From NCBI GenBank assembly GCA_963693365.1, contig CAVNZM010000003.1, forward strand, positions 10,710,988 through 10,774,987: a stretch of 64,000 bases of DNA, in the 5' to 3' direction. The stretch's first letter is position 1, and each line of letters begins with the position of its first letter. Shown here one piece after another: positions 26,094 to 57,884 of this stretch. Both the position numbers and the translations under genes were made by a program. Source of the stretch: Amoebidium appalachense. Taxonomy: Eukaryota; Protista; Ichthyosporea. The notes beneath the pieces were generated by a model, which had not been told where the DNA came from, searched no databases, and was given only the letters and a program-made list of their open reading frames with translations.

Positions 26094-27130
26094 TCTTCAG
26101 TGTGAAAAGGTGTGCTTTGTACACATGGTTTCAAAAAAAGGGGGGGAAAAGGGTGGTAAAGGAGAAGTTCAAGTTCTTGTTTCCCCCGAAAAAGTTCTAA
26201 GCTGTACTGCTTGAAAAAATAAGCCCTACGGGCCCGGTTGTAAAGCAGCCATAGCTGTGCGGGAAGAATGAAGGGGAATAAATGTATCGGTTGACACGCT
26301 CGATTCAAAAAGAGCCTCCTATTGTAGATATTGATTAGTAATGTGAGCCCAGAAATCACCAAAGTACCATAATTGTAGTGAACAAGATCAATATGGGTCA
26401 CACTGAGGGCCACCCTCCTCCAGGTATAGTCTACCACCAAAGTTGCGCAAAAATAAAGCGGAAACGTTGATTGAACGTGCACTGCTTCTGGTAGAATAGT
26501 GGGCTCAAACTCGGTGCCCTAATTCTCTTTCTAACGTAAAAATTAGTGGTTCGGGCAAATGACATGCACGCACACGCTGTTCTTCGAACACCGGCGAGAA
26601 ATAACTTCTGGCGGTCAGTAACCGTTTCGATCTGCGTTTTGAAATGTGCGCGCACATTTTCTACCCAACCATTTGATTGGTGACACACTGACGCTGCAAT
26701 CAGATTGTCTTAAAATCACGCCTTTGATTAGCCATGGCTCAATATTGTCATTGAACGTCATGAGCGGCAGCTCTTGTTGTTTTTTCGCTTTCACGCTTTG
26801 TTGTTTGCATGTGTCCTGTAAACATTCGCTTCAGGAACCGACAGAAACTTCAATTTAGACTGCTTCTCCTAAGCATGCTGTACAGAAAGCAATTAACATG
26901 CAAAAGATTGAATCTATTTTTCTTCCTGAGTTCAATCGTTAGGTAGGATCTGCAGTCACTAGAAACCAAAGCACCTTCTAAAAACCGTTATCAATTGTTG
27001 TCGAGTACACTGTTGACTGTTGCGTAAAATATGTCTTTTGTGAATTAAGGCACTTCAAGGGACATATACATTCAAAGGCGAGATTTTACACCTATGTACA
27101 TACTATGATAGACTGGCGTGGGGTTTGGAA

Positions 27131-29036
27131 ATGTCCATTTTGGCTGCCGCAAGGGCTTTTGGTTTCGATGCCTCTCCCTCAATGCACCTTGTTCAAGAGC
27201 CATGCCTTACTTTCCAGCACGCAGCGCAAGTTGGTCCAACTGAAATCTGTGACCTAATCAATCGAAGTTTCAGCAATTACATTGGGGGTTCTGTTCAATA
27301 TACAGTTGCACGCTTGTTTGACCATGTGAGGAGAGATGGTGTGGATTTGAATGTCAGCATGGTTGCTCTGGTAGACGATGTTCCTGTAGCCATTGCCCTG
27401 GTGGCCAGAAGAGGCACAGCATCTCGCTTGTCACTACTTGGCGTCGCACCGTCATATAAAGGTGAAGCTTGGTCGAAAAATCCTTTGTGCTGTACACAAA
27501 CCCTGCCTTTATGTTTCAGGAGAAGTGCCGAAGTGAGTTATGAAACGTAATCGGCACAGGCACATGTACACGTTATTTATTTTCGGTGTTACTGGGCAAA
27601 GTAGGTGTACATTTTTCTTTCTCGGTTCGCTTTTTTTTCAGTTCGCACACCTATTGTCATAAGATAGACACTTTGGTTGCACACAAAATATACCATTGCT
27701 CCGTTGGCCTGAGAAACATGCCGGCTGTAAAAAGCACAGTTGCCTCAGTGATACGCGATCTGAATGAACACCTAAATATGCTTGACCTGTAATTTGTAGT
27801 GGAGCTCGTTCTTCATTTTACCATTTTTTCCCTCTACTTTTATTCCTTCACTTCCCGCTTTTCTCACTCCCTCACCCTCTCCCCTCCCCGCTGCTCGTGT
27901 CCTCGTGAGTACGGGCTTCCGGTTCCGGTCTGGTCACTGCACCTGAAGGCGGGCGACGGGTTTCTAACCTAAGATTAATTGACAGGTCTCGGGGTGGACT
28001 TTCATCTTCTGGATGGCCTTTTGCAGCAGTCTCACAATCGTGGCGATGTTTCTTTCTATGCTGAAAGTTTTGCACAGAGCGAAGCAACCCACCGCCTATT
28101 TTCTGCCGGGGGGTTCTCCATCACACAGCAGCTTTTTGGCTATCATCTCGACCAAGGTAGTCCTCCTGCACTGTTGAGACAGATGGAAGTCGGGGCCCTG
28201 ACAGCACAACTTACAGAAATTGACCCCTATCTTGTAGCCATCACCCTGATGGTGCACGGGCCGGCAACCCTTTCTTGGCCAGTTTCGTCCGTAACTGTGA
28301 CTACTATGGGGCCCCCGGCATACAGGGTAAGACACCCCTTTCAATTTCGTTGTACATCAGTAATTGTTAACACACACAAATACACACATATGGAAAAAAA
28401 ATAAAGCACGCACACGCTTTTCTCGCTCGTATTGTCGCACACGCATGTCTTACATTTTGTCAGAGGAGGCACCCCTGGCGATCATTAAGTGACTGTCTTC
28501 TATGCCGCTTTATCTTTTCCACATGCCATTTTCTATTTTGCCGACACAATTTGGTCCATAATGTTAGTCTTATTCTCCGCAAAGTTTACGGAACAAGATG
28601 GTTATCCCCCCCCCCCCCCCCCCCTTCTGCCCCTCCACCCACCCACTCAACCGTCCATCTTCACAGGGGTCCGTACACGAACCCCGTCCCCTCCTTTTTA
28701 AGTTTTGGTTAGAAACGATAGACCCAACAGACTTACTAATTCTTCTTATCTCTGCAGGGCTATTCGCTCAGTTGCGCCCAAGCCGTAATTACCGACCCGA
28801 ACCGACCCGTTATATGTCTTCGAGCTCTGATAGTTCCACCCGAGCACCAAAACAAGGGCCATGCAACCCGATTGCTCTTGGCGTTATTGGTGATGTTCCC
28901 AGACAGAACGTGGAATGTGCCTGTTGTGTGCCCAGAACCACAAGTAGGGCACACCAACCTGTTTAAGAGAATTGGATTCGTGCCGGATTCTCTGATCGGG
29001 TATTTATGGGAACGAAAGTTTAGTCATGCTGCTTGA
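27131..29036 (+). CDS. Tandem-GNAT N-acetyltransferase, bacterial-type (~316 aa; exons 27131-27461, 27986-28326, 28758-29036)
   Basis: GT-AG introns join in frame. Two motif-A-like segments (LGVAPSYKGLGV; LIVPPEHQNKGHATRLL) and two motif-B-like segments (LFSAGGF; LFKRIGF). Family assigned by motif recognition. Confidence 0.8.
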
Positions 29037-29173
29037 GGTGTATGAAGTGACTTTTATTTTTATTTTTCGAAGGACTCGCGCATTTTGGTGGGGGATACGG
29101 TGGGTTGGTCAGGGTAGAGCTAAGCGAGCCCTCCCCCAGAGGCAGATATGGAGGTGGGAGGGGGAGGGGGGCT

Positions 29174-29204
<31 letters not shown>

Positions 29205-29809
29205 AGGGGGGGGGAGGGGGGGGGGGAGGGGGAGGGGGGAGGGGGGGGGGGGGGGGGGCTTGACGAGGGGGGGAAAGGGGTGGGCATGTCTGGCAAAGCA
29301 AACGAGACAAGCTGTTTTTTCTGTGACGGCAGCGCACTGTATATCGAACCAAAGAGGCGAACGGGGTTTGAGCTTGTGTACAGTAGGTGTAGCTGTGATG
29401 AATGTAAGTTTAGATCGATATATCTAGCTACTGGTCTGGGGTGTAACTGATCGAGAGTGTAACCGAATATTAGAGTAGAACGGTGTGTGCCAAAGACTAG
29501 GTGAAGATGTAAAACCACGTGAATTGGAAGGCTCACTCAAACAAAGAAGTTACTGTACCAGCCTAATATGACAATGAGATAAATTCTGGCACACGCATGC
29601 TTCCCTTCCTCCCAGACCCCCCCTCCCCTCCCCCCCCCCCCTCCCCCTCCCCCCCGCCCCCACAACCACCACCATCCCGATGGCATGCCACCACCGGAAA
29701 CCACGATCAGCACACACACCGTGTACATCTTGATGCGCATGCTTTCAGCGTGGTGTGAGAAAGAGCCCACTGAGGTACGTTTTATTTTCCGCTTGACAAA
29801 CGCTATTCG

Positions 29810-29854
<45 letters not shown>

Positions 29855-30260
29855 CCTTTCTGCAAGAGGCTGTGCAGTTTTCACTGAGTTTCCACACGCG
29901 GCACGAACAACCACGATTGGCGGGCCTAACGTGAAAGGTACAAGCCAAAAATAGCTTTTTCAGACGAGCATGATTTTACACCAATCGTGTTGTGCCTCAA
30001 TTGCGCCAAAAAGCCTTTTAAGGCAATAATTTTCTCTGGAAACTGAGGCGCTTCTGTCAGGTGTAACGGCCAGATGCGGCACATAAAAAGCTTTTTTTTG
30101 GTCTTGAGTCAGTGCTTACGGGTGTGATTTCGGCCTCAAACTGATATTGGGCTTGAAACTTTCTTGGTTACACCCTATTTTCGTTTTCTTGCATATAGCA
30201 CTGCCTGTTTCCCGTTCCCTGTTTTTTATATAGCTCAGAAGGTCGGTTAGAGCAATCAAC

Positions 30261-49507
<19,247 letters not shown>

Positions 49508-49856
49508 GCTGTTTCGTTGGCCAAAAATCATGCAGTCGCCCCATGTGCTTATATCGGCATAAGGCAACTCTTTTCCACTTGCTTTCTTATTTTAAAAAAT
49601 GTGAAGCAGGTTATAAATACTATGTAAACGAGCTGTCTGTATTTTGATAGTTAGGTTTTTTTTTTTTTTTATGGAAGTGAAAATAGCACGTGCATTGTTA
49701 TCTTATTTTTGACACAGTGCGCTAGACTTTTCTTGTGCTTTTACGGTCGGGAGCAGCACCTAAATGGGTGATCCGGCTGATTGTATATCAGCTACTTTGC
49801 ATTTTGTTCTCTTTTTTGTACGTCTCTCTTTTTTTTTTCTTCCTTGTATAATACAG

Positions 49857-50118
49857 CCTATGGCTCGTCGTACTTAGGTACAGGTGAATACAGAAGTGAC
49901 AGCCTGGTGTGCAAATGCTGCCCCTTCCCTCTTCCCTTCTCCCCTCCCCCCCTCCCCCCTCCCCCCTCCCCCCCCCCCCCCTCCCCCCCCTCCCCCTCCC
50001 CCCCCCCCCCTCCCCCCCCCCCCTCCCCCCCCCCCTCCCCCCCTCCCCCCCCCCCCCCCCTCCCCCCCCCCTCCCCCCTCCCCCCCCCCTCCCCCCCTCC
50101 CCCCTCCCCCCCCCCCCC

Positions 50119-50156
<38 letters not shown>

Positions 50157-50224
50157 GGTTCCCCTCCCTACACACACACGTCCGCGCACTCGCATACACG
50201 AATGTGGGCCCAGGCACACGCACG

Positions 50225-50259
<35 letters not shown>

Positions 50260-50333
50260 TACCCATTCCACACACCCCATATCAAGGCATCTGCTCAAAC
50301 TCTCCCCATCTCCGGCCCCTCGATCCTAGCTAG
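49857..50333 (+). promoter_or_regulatory. Candidate spliced upstream ORF ending RPLDPS-stop in the ODC leader
   Basis: CGG CCC CTC GAT CCT AGC TAG at 50313-50333; putative intron 49884-50286; no in-frame AUG seen. Confidence 0.35.
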
Positions 50334-50506
50334 ATGGTGCACGGGGCCATACGGTGCTCTGCTTTATTGCGTGTTTGTACACGTTTGTCGTATTTGGATA
50401 TGTGTGCGTGTGGTGTGATACGTGTGGTTGTCTGTGCATGCATGACCAATATTGTGAGAACGTGTTCCCCTTTTTCAAAGTTTGTGTGGTTGTGTCACCG
50501 TGTGTT

Positions 50507-50592
<86 letters not shown>

Positions 50593-51463
50593 GGGGGGGG
50601 GGCGTGTGTGTCTGTTTACGTCTGTGTGATCGCGATGCGTGTGTGCGTTCCACTGCCCGGCTTCCGGCGGTGTGCACGTTACATGGAGTGCTTAGTTGGT
50701 GAGAGAGAGTCTGCATGTTTTGTGTCTCTGTCTACGTTTGCGTGTGTGTGTGTGTGTGTGTGTGTACGCGTGGGTGTGGGTGTGATGGCGTCGTTTTCCC
50801 GGAACATGTGTGTGAGATGCGTGTCGTGACATGCCGACGATGCCGTGGCCACGTGGCCAGTACCGTGGTCCCGGAACTCCGAAGATCCACTAACAAACAA
50901 CAACATTGATGTTGGCCAATCCGATCGTGCGGACATTCCTATTGGATCTAAGCGCATCCCTTGAAGCATTATGATTGGATCCCAGGAATTCTTCTGGGAT
51001 CTTCTGCATTCTTCTAAGACTTCTTGGGAATCCGAATGCTCTCCCACGCACGTACGCTCACGTGCCATGTCGCCATTCTCACCCATTAGAGCTCTAGCTA
51101 ACACACAGGCACGCATCCCTACATCACAGCGTTTACTCTCAACCAAAACGTCAATCTTGCATCATTTCGTTCCTGTCTTGCAAACTACGCTCTTCTCTTT
51201 GGCTAGCTCCTGTTTGAAAAGAAGTTCAAGTTACATCAGTCGCCGGCGGGTTCTGTTTTGTAGTTCAACCCCGCATTCTCCTTTCAGGACGAGTTCGCTA
51301 CAGTTCTTTTTCTGCTATCAATCAACTGTGGCACTCTTCCCAATATCTTTTTCAGTCTCGTAGCACAGCTTGTATGTCGATTCTTCTCTGCACTAATACT
51401 CCTTTCTTTCCCTTGTTTTGAACCCACTCAATTCTCACTGCTAATCGAAGTCCACCAACGAAA

Positions 51464-52984
51464 ATGGCTGCCTCCAACCAGCTCGGCAACATGTCCAGCC
51501 TCCTCAAGAGCAAAATCAACGAGGATCCAAACGTTGACCACTCCCTCTTCATGGTAGACATTGGAGAGGTAATTCGCAAGCACAGAGAGTTCCAAGCCCA
51601 CCTTCCCCGTGTCTCTCCCTTCTACGCTGTCAAGTGCAACCCAGACTTTGCCATCCTTCGCACCCTCTCAACCCTCGGCCTCGGTTTTGACTGCGCCAGC
51701 CCCACAGAGATAGACACAGTCCTTTCCATGGGTGTTGATGCGTCCAGAATTATTTACGCAAACCCGTGCAAGTCAATGGCAGCTCTCAAGCACGCTCTCA
51801 AGGCAGGCGTCAAGCTGATGACTTTTGACAACGAAGACGAACTCCGAAAGATAAAAACCACGTTTCCTTCGGCCAAGCTCGTTCTGCGCATTCTCGTTGA
51901 AGACGGGCACTCTATCCTTGCTCTGGGAAAGAAATTTGGTGCCCACCCTCAACGTGCTTGGCCACTCCTGTCGCTTGCAAGGGAACTTTCCCTCGATGTT
52001 GTTGGTGTGTCGTTTCACGTCGGCTCAGGGTGCGAGTGTCCAGAAGCCTTTACAGAGGCTGTGAAGAGCGCACGTTCAGTGTTTGACATCGGCAAGGAAA
52101 TCGGCTTTAACTTCACTCTTCTGGACGTGGGTGGTGGGTTTCCAGGCACAGAGGACGTAGTCACGTTCGAGCAAGTTAGCAGCACCCTCTCAAAGGCTCT
52201 GAACACGTTTTTCCCCTCGTCCAACGCTACCACTCAATCTAGCAGCAGCAGCAACACCTCCAACGTGCACATCATTGCCGAGCCTGGTCGTTTCTACGCC
52301 ACATCCTCCCACACCCTTGCCCTCAGTGTCATTGGTCGTCGCCGTGTTGAAAACACGCAGCAGAAACAACGTTCCACCGCTAGCCCACACCATCTTGCCG
52401 CTATTCCTCCTACACCCACCTCGGCACCAGACAGCGGGTTCGTGACCTCGCAAAGCAGCACGGTCGGACCCATCTTCACATTCGACTCGAAAGATCCTTG
52501 GGACACGGCCACCAACACCGACGTGTCGTTCATGTACTATATCAACGATGGTGTTTGGGGCAACCTTAACAACACTCTGTTTGAACACACTACCCTTCAC
52601 CCCCGCATCGTCAGCAAGAGCAACCTCACACGCACTGGCGGGCGTCCCCGGCGTGGGAGTTCCGTGGTCAGTCGTGTGCACATCCACGTTCAGGCACCCC
52701 ACGAGGACGAGCGAAACGAGAACAACACCTATGTTTCTTCGCTGTGGGGTCCCACGTGTGATAGCCTTGACTGCATGGCCAAGGAAATTGCCCTGCCCGA
52801 GCTTCAGGTTGGTGACTGGCTCCTTCTGGAAAACATGGGAGCATACACCAAGGCCCTCGTGACACACTTCAACGGCATGCCCCCTGCGCGCTGCTACTAC
52901 GTCAACACCGAACATGAAAATGCACCTGAGGTGAACGTGCTGGGTCTGAAAATGGTGCCCAAAACAGAGGCAGAGTTGCTGTGA
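51464..52984 (+). CDS. ODC1: Ornithine decarboxylase family protein (fold-type III PLP enzyme), intronless, 506 aa
   Basis: PFYAVKCN (PLP Lys), FDCAS, IIYANPCK, KFGA, SFHVGSG, LDVGGGF, AEPGR, WGPTCDSLD, NMGAYT, FNG. Confidence 0.93.
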   Translation: MAASNQLGNMSSLLKSKINEDPNVDHSLFMVDIGEVIRKHREFQAHLPRVSPFYAVKCNPDFAILRTLSTLGLGFDCASPTEIDTVLSMGVDASRIIYANPCKSMAALKHALKAGVKLMTFDNEDELRKIKTTFPSAKLVLRILVEDGHSILALGKKFGAHPQRAWPLLSLARELSLDVVGVSFHVGSGCECPEAFTEAVKSARSVFDIGKEIGFNFTLLDVGGGFPGTEDVVTFEQVSSTLSKALNTFFPSSNATTQSSSSSNTSNVHIIAEPGRFYATSSHTLALSVIGRRRVENTQQKQRSTASPHHLAAIPPTPTSAPDSGFVTSQSSTVGPIFTFDSKDPWDTATNTDVSFMYYINDGVWGNLNNTLFEHTTLHPRIVSKSNLTRTGGRPRRGSSVVSRVHIHVQAPHEDERNENNTYVSSLWGPTCDSLDCMAKEIALPELQVGDWLLLENMGAYTKALVTHFNGMPPARCYYVNTEHENAPEVNVLGLKMVPKTEAELL

Positions 52985-53462
52985 TCACGTTACTACATAT
53001 GCGTAACGAATCACCCGATATATATGGTGCAAATCGAAACCAAAAATTACTACAGATGGCATATACCATGTGTGAAAGTCGCTATTCTGACCGGCCAGTT
53101 ATTTGTGATAGTGGGCTTGTCGAGGCCACACTTGTGCTAAGATCGTCACTTTGTTATACACTGTTGTAATATCATTGTTGTGGTTTCAAGTTTGAATTAC
53201 GAAAGTGAGGTTTTTAGGGTATGCGAATGTTACAAAGCTTTCCTTCAGACTCAATATTATGAGCTACTGTATGAGCATGTGAATGTGACGTACAGTAGGC
53301 TTGGGATTATACATGATTTTACGCTCCACACAGTCAGCACACAGAAAAACATGCAGATGGACACATACACGTAACACACAAACATACACCCACACACCTC
53401 GACATACACACAAGCCCAACAGTGCTTTTCTCAAAGTCGTCCGCAACAGACACACACATACA

Positions 53463-53506
<44 letters not shown>

Positions 53507-53851
53507 ATAGCCAGCCCTAAGAACGATTTGAGAAGTTCGTGAGCTTAGGTATTACTGAATTTTATTCACATAATTAAACACCGAGCCTTAACCCACCGGG
53601 TCCCTCCACCACCACCACCACCACCCCTACCCCCCCCCCCCTCCCCCTCTCAACGGTTGGCCACTCTCACCGTGAAATCACACTACTAAAGCCCTACTTC
53701 GGAAATCCGAAATCAGGCGGGCTGGGATACAGTATACTCCTTACATCATCACGGTACTATGAATATCATGTTACATCTGCCATGTAGTAAATGACATACA
53801 AGTCGCACTCAGTAGTAGATGCCCTTAAAGGCCTAGGGGGAGAAGGGGAGG

Positions 53852-53886
<35 letters not shown>

Positions 53887-53984
53887 GTGGGGAGGGGGGG
53901 GGGGGGAGGGGGGCATGGCGGGTAACATGAAGAAACTCTCAGTACGGTACATAATGCACACGTGGCTGTGTGATAGGAGTGTGC

Positions 53985-54058
53985 CATTCCGTCTCTTTTT
54001 CTCCGAAATAATCTCTCTTTCTCTTCTCGTCCTCGCACCCTCCTCGCTCTCTCTCTAA

Positions 54059-54092
<34 letters not shown>

Positions 54093-54119
54093 CCCTCGGC
54101 CTCCTCTTCTCTCTCTCTC

Positions 54120-54198
<79 letters not shown>

Positions 54199-54512
54199 CC
54201 TCGGCCCCCGCTTCTCTCTCTTTCTCTCTGCCCCTCGGCTTTCTCTTCTCTCTCTCTCTCTCTCTCTCTCCCCCATCCCCTCCCGCCTTCCTTTCCTCCT
54301 GCCACCTCTTTCTCTCTTCCCCCTCCTCTCTAGATCTCTCTCCCCTCTCCCCCCCCCCCTCCCCCCTCTTTCTCTCTGCTCCTCTCTCTTCGTCTCTGTC
54401 TCTCTCCCTCCCTGGAGGCTCTCTCTCTTTCTCTCTCTCTCTCTCCCCCCCCCCCCCCCCCCCCCCCCCTCTCTCTCTTTCCATCGAGCCTCTTTCTCGC
54501 GCTCTCTCTCTT
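53985..54512. repeat. Extended (CT)n/pyrimidine low-complexity tract
   Basis: About 500 bp nearly pure C/T on plus; representative of many microsatellites and homopolymers in the window. Confidence 0.85.
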
Positions 54513-54889
54513 TTAATCTAGTAGTAGGTTCCTAGTATAATATATATGATTTGGCAAAAAAAATAGCTCGGGCCTCGGTGACAACGAACCTCGCCCTACA
54601 CACGTCTTCGATCAACCGGATATGTGTCACTCCTTAGTATCAGAGAAGCGTGCAATCTCCTAATCTCCCCCTGTCCCCCCCAAACACACGCGCGCGCGCG
54701 CGCGCGCACGCTCAGTCACAAGCACTGCGTCACACACACGCGCACGCAGAGTCACGCACACACGCACACACAACACACACGCACACACGCACACACACAC
54801 ACACACTCACCGTGGCACACACACCGTGACACACACACAAACACACACACACATGTACAGTGTCACACCGTCACAAAACACACGCGCAT

Positions 54890-54996
<107 letters not shown>

Positions 54997-56515
54997 ATGA
55001 TGCATGCATACATGCACACGTGCATGCAACAACAACATACGACGACAATAATAACAACCACATCACTGCCGCGACAACTTTCAAACAACAGCACATGGCT
55101 AAAAATATATCTTGCGAAGATCGAAGAGGGGGAGGGGGAGAGGGGACTCGAGGGGCGGAAAAGAAAGAATAGAAAAACAAGAAGTGGAGGAGAAAAGTAA
55201 AACAAGAAAACACTCATATCGCACTCGTGAGTGCATCACGTGCATGCCGCGTCGGTGCGCACGACGAAAGCAGCCAGGCCCTCACAGCTTGCAGGGGCCG
55301 GGCCCTTTTCGCCCTTTGTTTTGTTGTTGCTGAGGCTGTGTGTGTAGGCCTATGCTTTGGTCGCATGTTCGGAGGCGTGCACTGCACCGCGAATGTCAAT
55401 CGATCGAGCTCTTGAGCCGATGGACTGCCAGTGGAGCAGGACAGCCTTATGGGCCCGGGGTGCATGTCTGAGGTGACCCTTTTTGAATTCCCGGGCGACC
55501 AGCCCGGAGAAATTAGAGGCTTTGCACGTTTCTCGGTCAAAGTTGACGAGCTCAAATACACCACATGCTTCAAGTTACAGGGTGTTTTTCCATGAAATAC
55601 ATAATGCATTGACAGTGCCGAATTTATTAGGTACTTTCTTTTATTGTAAGACTGATCTAAATTCAAACACGAGAAGGAAACATAAAAATCAGTAGGACTG
55701 CAAGAGAGACTGTCACGGGTGAATTTTGTTGAGCATGTACGTACGTATCTATAAACAAATTTTCGAATCCCCCCCTCCCCCCGTGCTCCCCCCCCCCCCT
55801 CCCCCCCCCCCCCCCCCCCGCCCTCCCTCCCCTTCCCCCCATCCCCCTTTCATGAAATATGTACAGAACACATGCTGAGGTGTGCTTCATCACTGATAGC
55901 TGGCAAGTTGTTCCACGCATGGTCCGTCACAGTAGTGTTTCAGAAAAGTTATAAGCGACATACGAATTTGCCCCGTCCCAGGGTAATTGATCCGCGAGAA
56001 CAATATATCGTGAATACTCCAACATCCTAGAATACCCCTGCAAACGAATCTCAAGGCCGGGGAAGGTAAAAGTGCGAGAACTTAAAATTCGGACTTTTCT
56101 TTAGTTCCCCCCCTCCCCCTCCCCCCCCCCCCTTCTCTCCTTTTTTTGTTTTTTTTTTTGTTTTTGTGTGTGTATGTGTGAGAGTGTTTGTGTGTGTATG
56201 TGTGAGAGGAGGAGGAGGGGGGGAGGGGGGAGGGGGAAGGCAGGGAACTGGGCCCGGAGGGTGCGGGGAAGGTAAGGTAGGTGTCAACCACGTAGAAAAG
56301 GATAAAATCCTGGATTTATTTTCAGTACGAATTATACGAAGTAATCTTTTACTTATACCTGTACTACTAAGTTGTGGCACGGGGGCCTGGCAGAAGGAGA
56401 GAGAAATCTATTAGCATTGAACTATTAGCAATATAATATTTATCATGATATGCACACTCGTTCGAACATGCCCCCCCGTGTGTCTGTGTGTGCGTCAGTG
56501 TGTGTCTGTGTGTGT

Positions 56516-56553
<38 letters not shown>

Positions 56554-56662
56554 AGGTGTGTGTGCGTGTGTGTGTGTGTGTGCGTGTGTGTGTGTGTGTG
56601 TGTCTGTGTGTGTGTGTCTGTGTGTGTGTGATCGTGTGTGTGTGTGTGTGTGTGTGTGTTTT

Positions 56663-56726
<64 letters not shown>

Positions 56727-56957
56727 CACGCGGCGCGTGCACACGTTCAATTGGGAGGGGGGGGGGGGGGGGGGGGGCGGGGAGGGGGGAGAATTCGGGA
56801 AGAAAGGGGGGAGGGAGGGGGGGGAGGGGGGGGCTGTGTGTGGTGCTGCATGTGTGTTTATCCCATTATAAATATTTGAACTCTTTCTGTGCTTTTTTTG
56901 GGCCGAAGGGCGGGGGGAGGGGGGGAGGGGGGGGGAGAACCGAACTGAATAATATCT

Positions 56958-57528
56958 TTGGACTGCCACTTACTTATTAGACATGTACACAATCACAAGA
57001 TAATTACGCAATATAACAAATGGAAAAAGATACCACACGACACCAGACCCGATGAAAGCATACACCTTGAAAAACTAAGCCTTATGTCTCGTCTTATATA
57101 TAATGACCGCCTTAACCATACTGCCAAATATGGCACTCGCAAATGTGTAACACCTAAATACATATTACCTTCCTGTAGAATTGGTCTTTCTCTAGCTGAT
57201 GGTATTATTGATCACATACCACGCTTTTACTGTACACGTGCTATATAGTGGAGATCTAATAAGTATAAGGTGGCATCGTTTGCATGCCCAATTAACACAC
57301 AAACACACCAGTTTAAACGGTCATGTATCGCCAAATGTAGTTTGATAGACCACATAATACCGCAACACACACACGTCACATTCACAACAGACACCCAGAA
57401 AGATAGCCTACCTAAAAATTACAACATCCTTGATTTTATACTAGTAAACACGCGAAACTACGACCTGTTTATTAGATGTATTGATTGGCTTGAGAAACAC
57501 ATCATTACAAAATTCTAGCGCGCGCGCG

Positions 57529-57613
<85 letters not shown>

Positions 57614-57884
57614 ACACAGACACACACCCAAACACAACCAGCTGATACCGAGTGTCCCAGGGGAGCCCGAAAAAAAAAAAAAAAAAAAAAAACAAAAAAA
57701 AACGGGGAACCCCAACTAATTGATTTTTCTTAGTCTTTATGGTGTCTCGTAGAGAAAGTAAATATAATCATCACCCGACAGCTATGTACGTGATCATGAT
57801 ATACCGCTGAGGGGATTTTCCGAGCAAACCCCCCCCATACCTGAGACTGGTCTCTCTTTTGCCTCGAGTAAACAGCGTAAACCC
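56958..57884 (+). mobile_element. 5'-truncated LINE family B copy with 13-bp TSD CTGAATAATATCT
   Basis: Collinear with 11668-12567; ends GCGTAAACCC; TSD at 56945-56957 and 57885-57897. Confidence 0.92.

Noticed and set aside
52190-52915. 241-aa antisense ORF within ODC
   Set aside because: Shadow frame of a codon-biased gene; no motifs.
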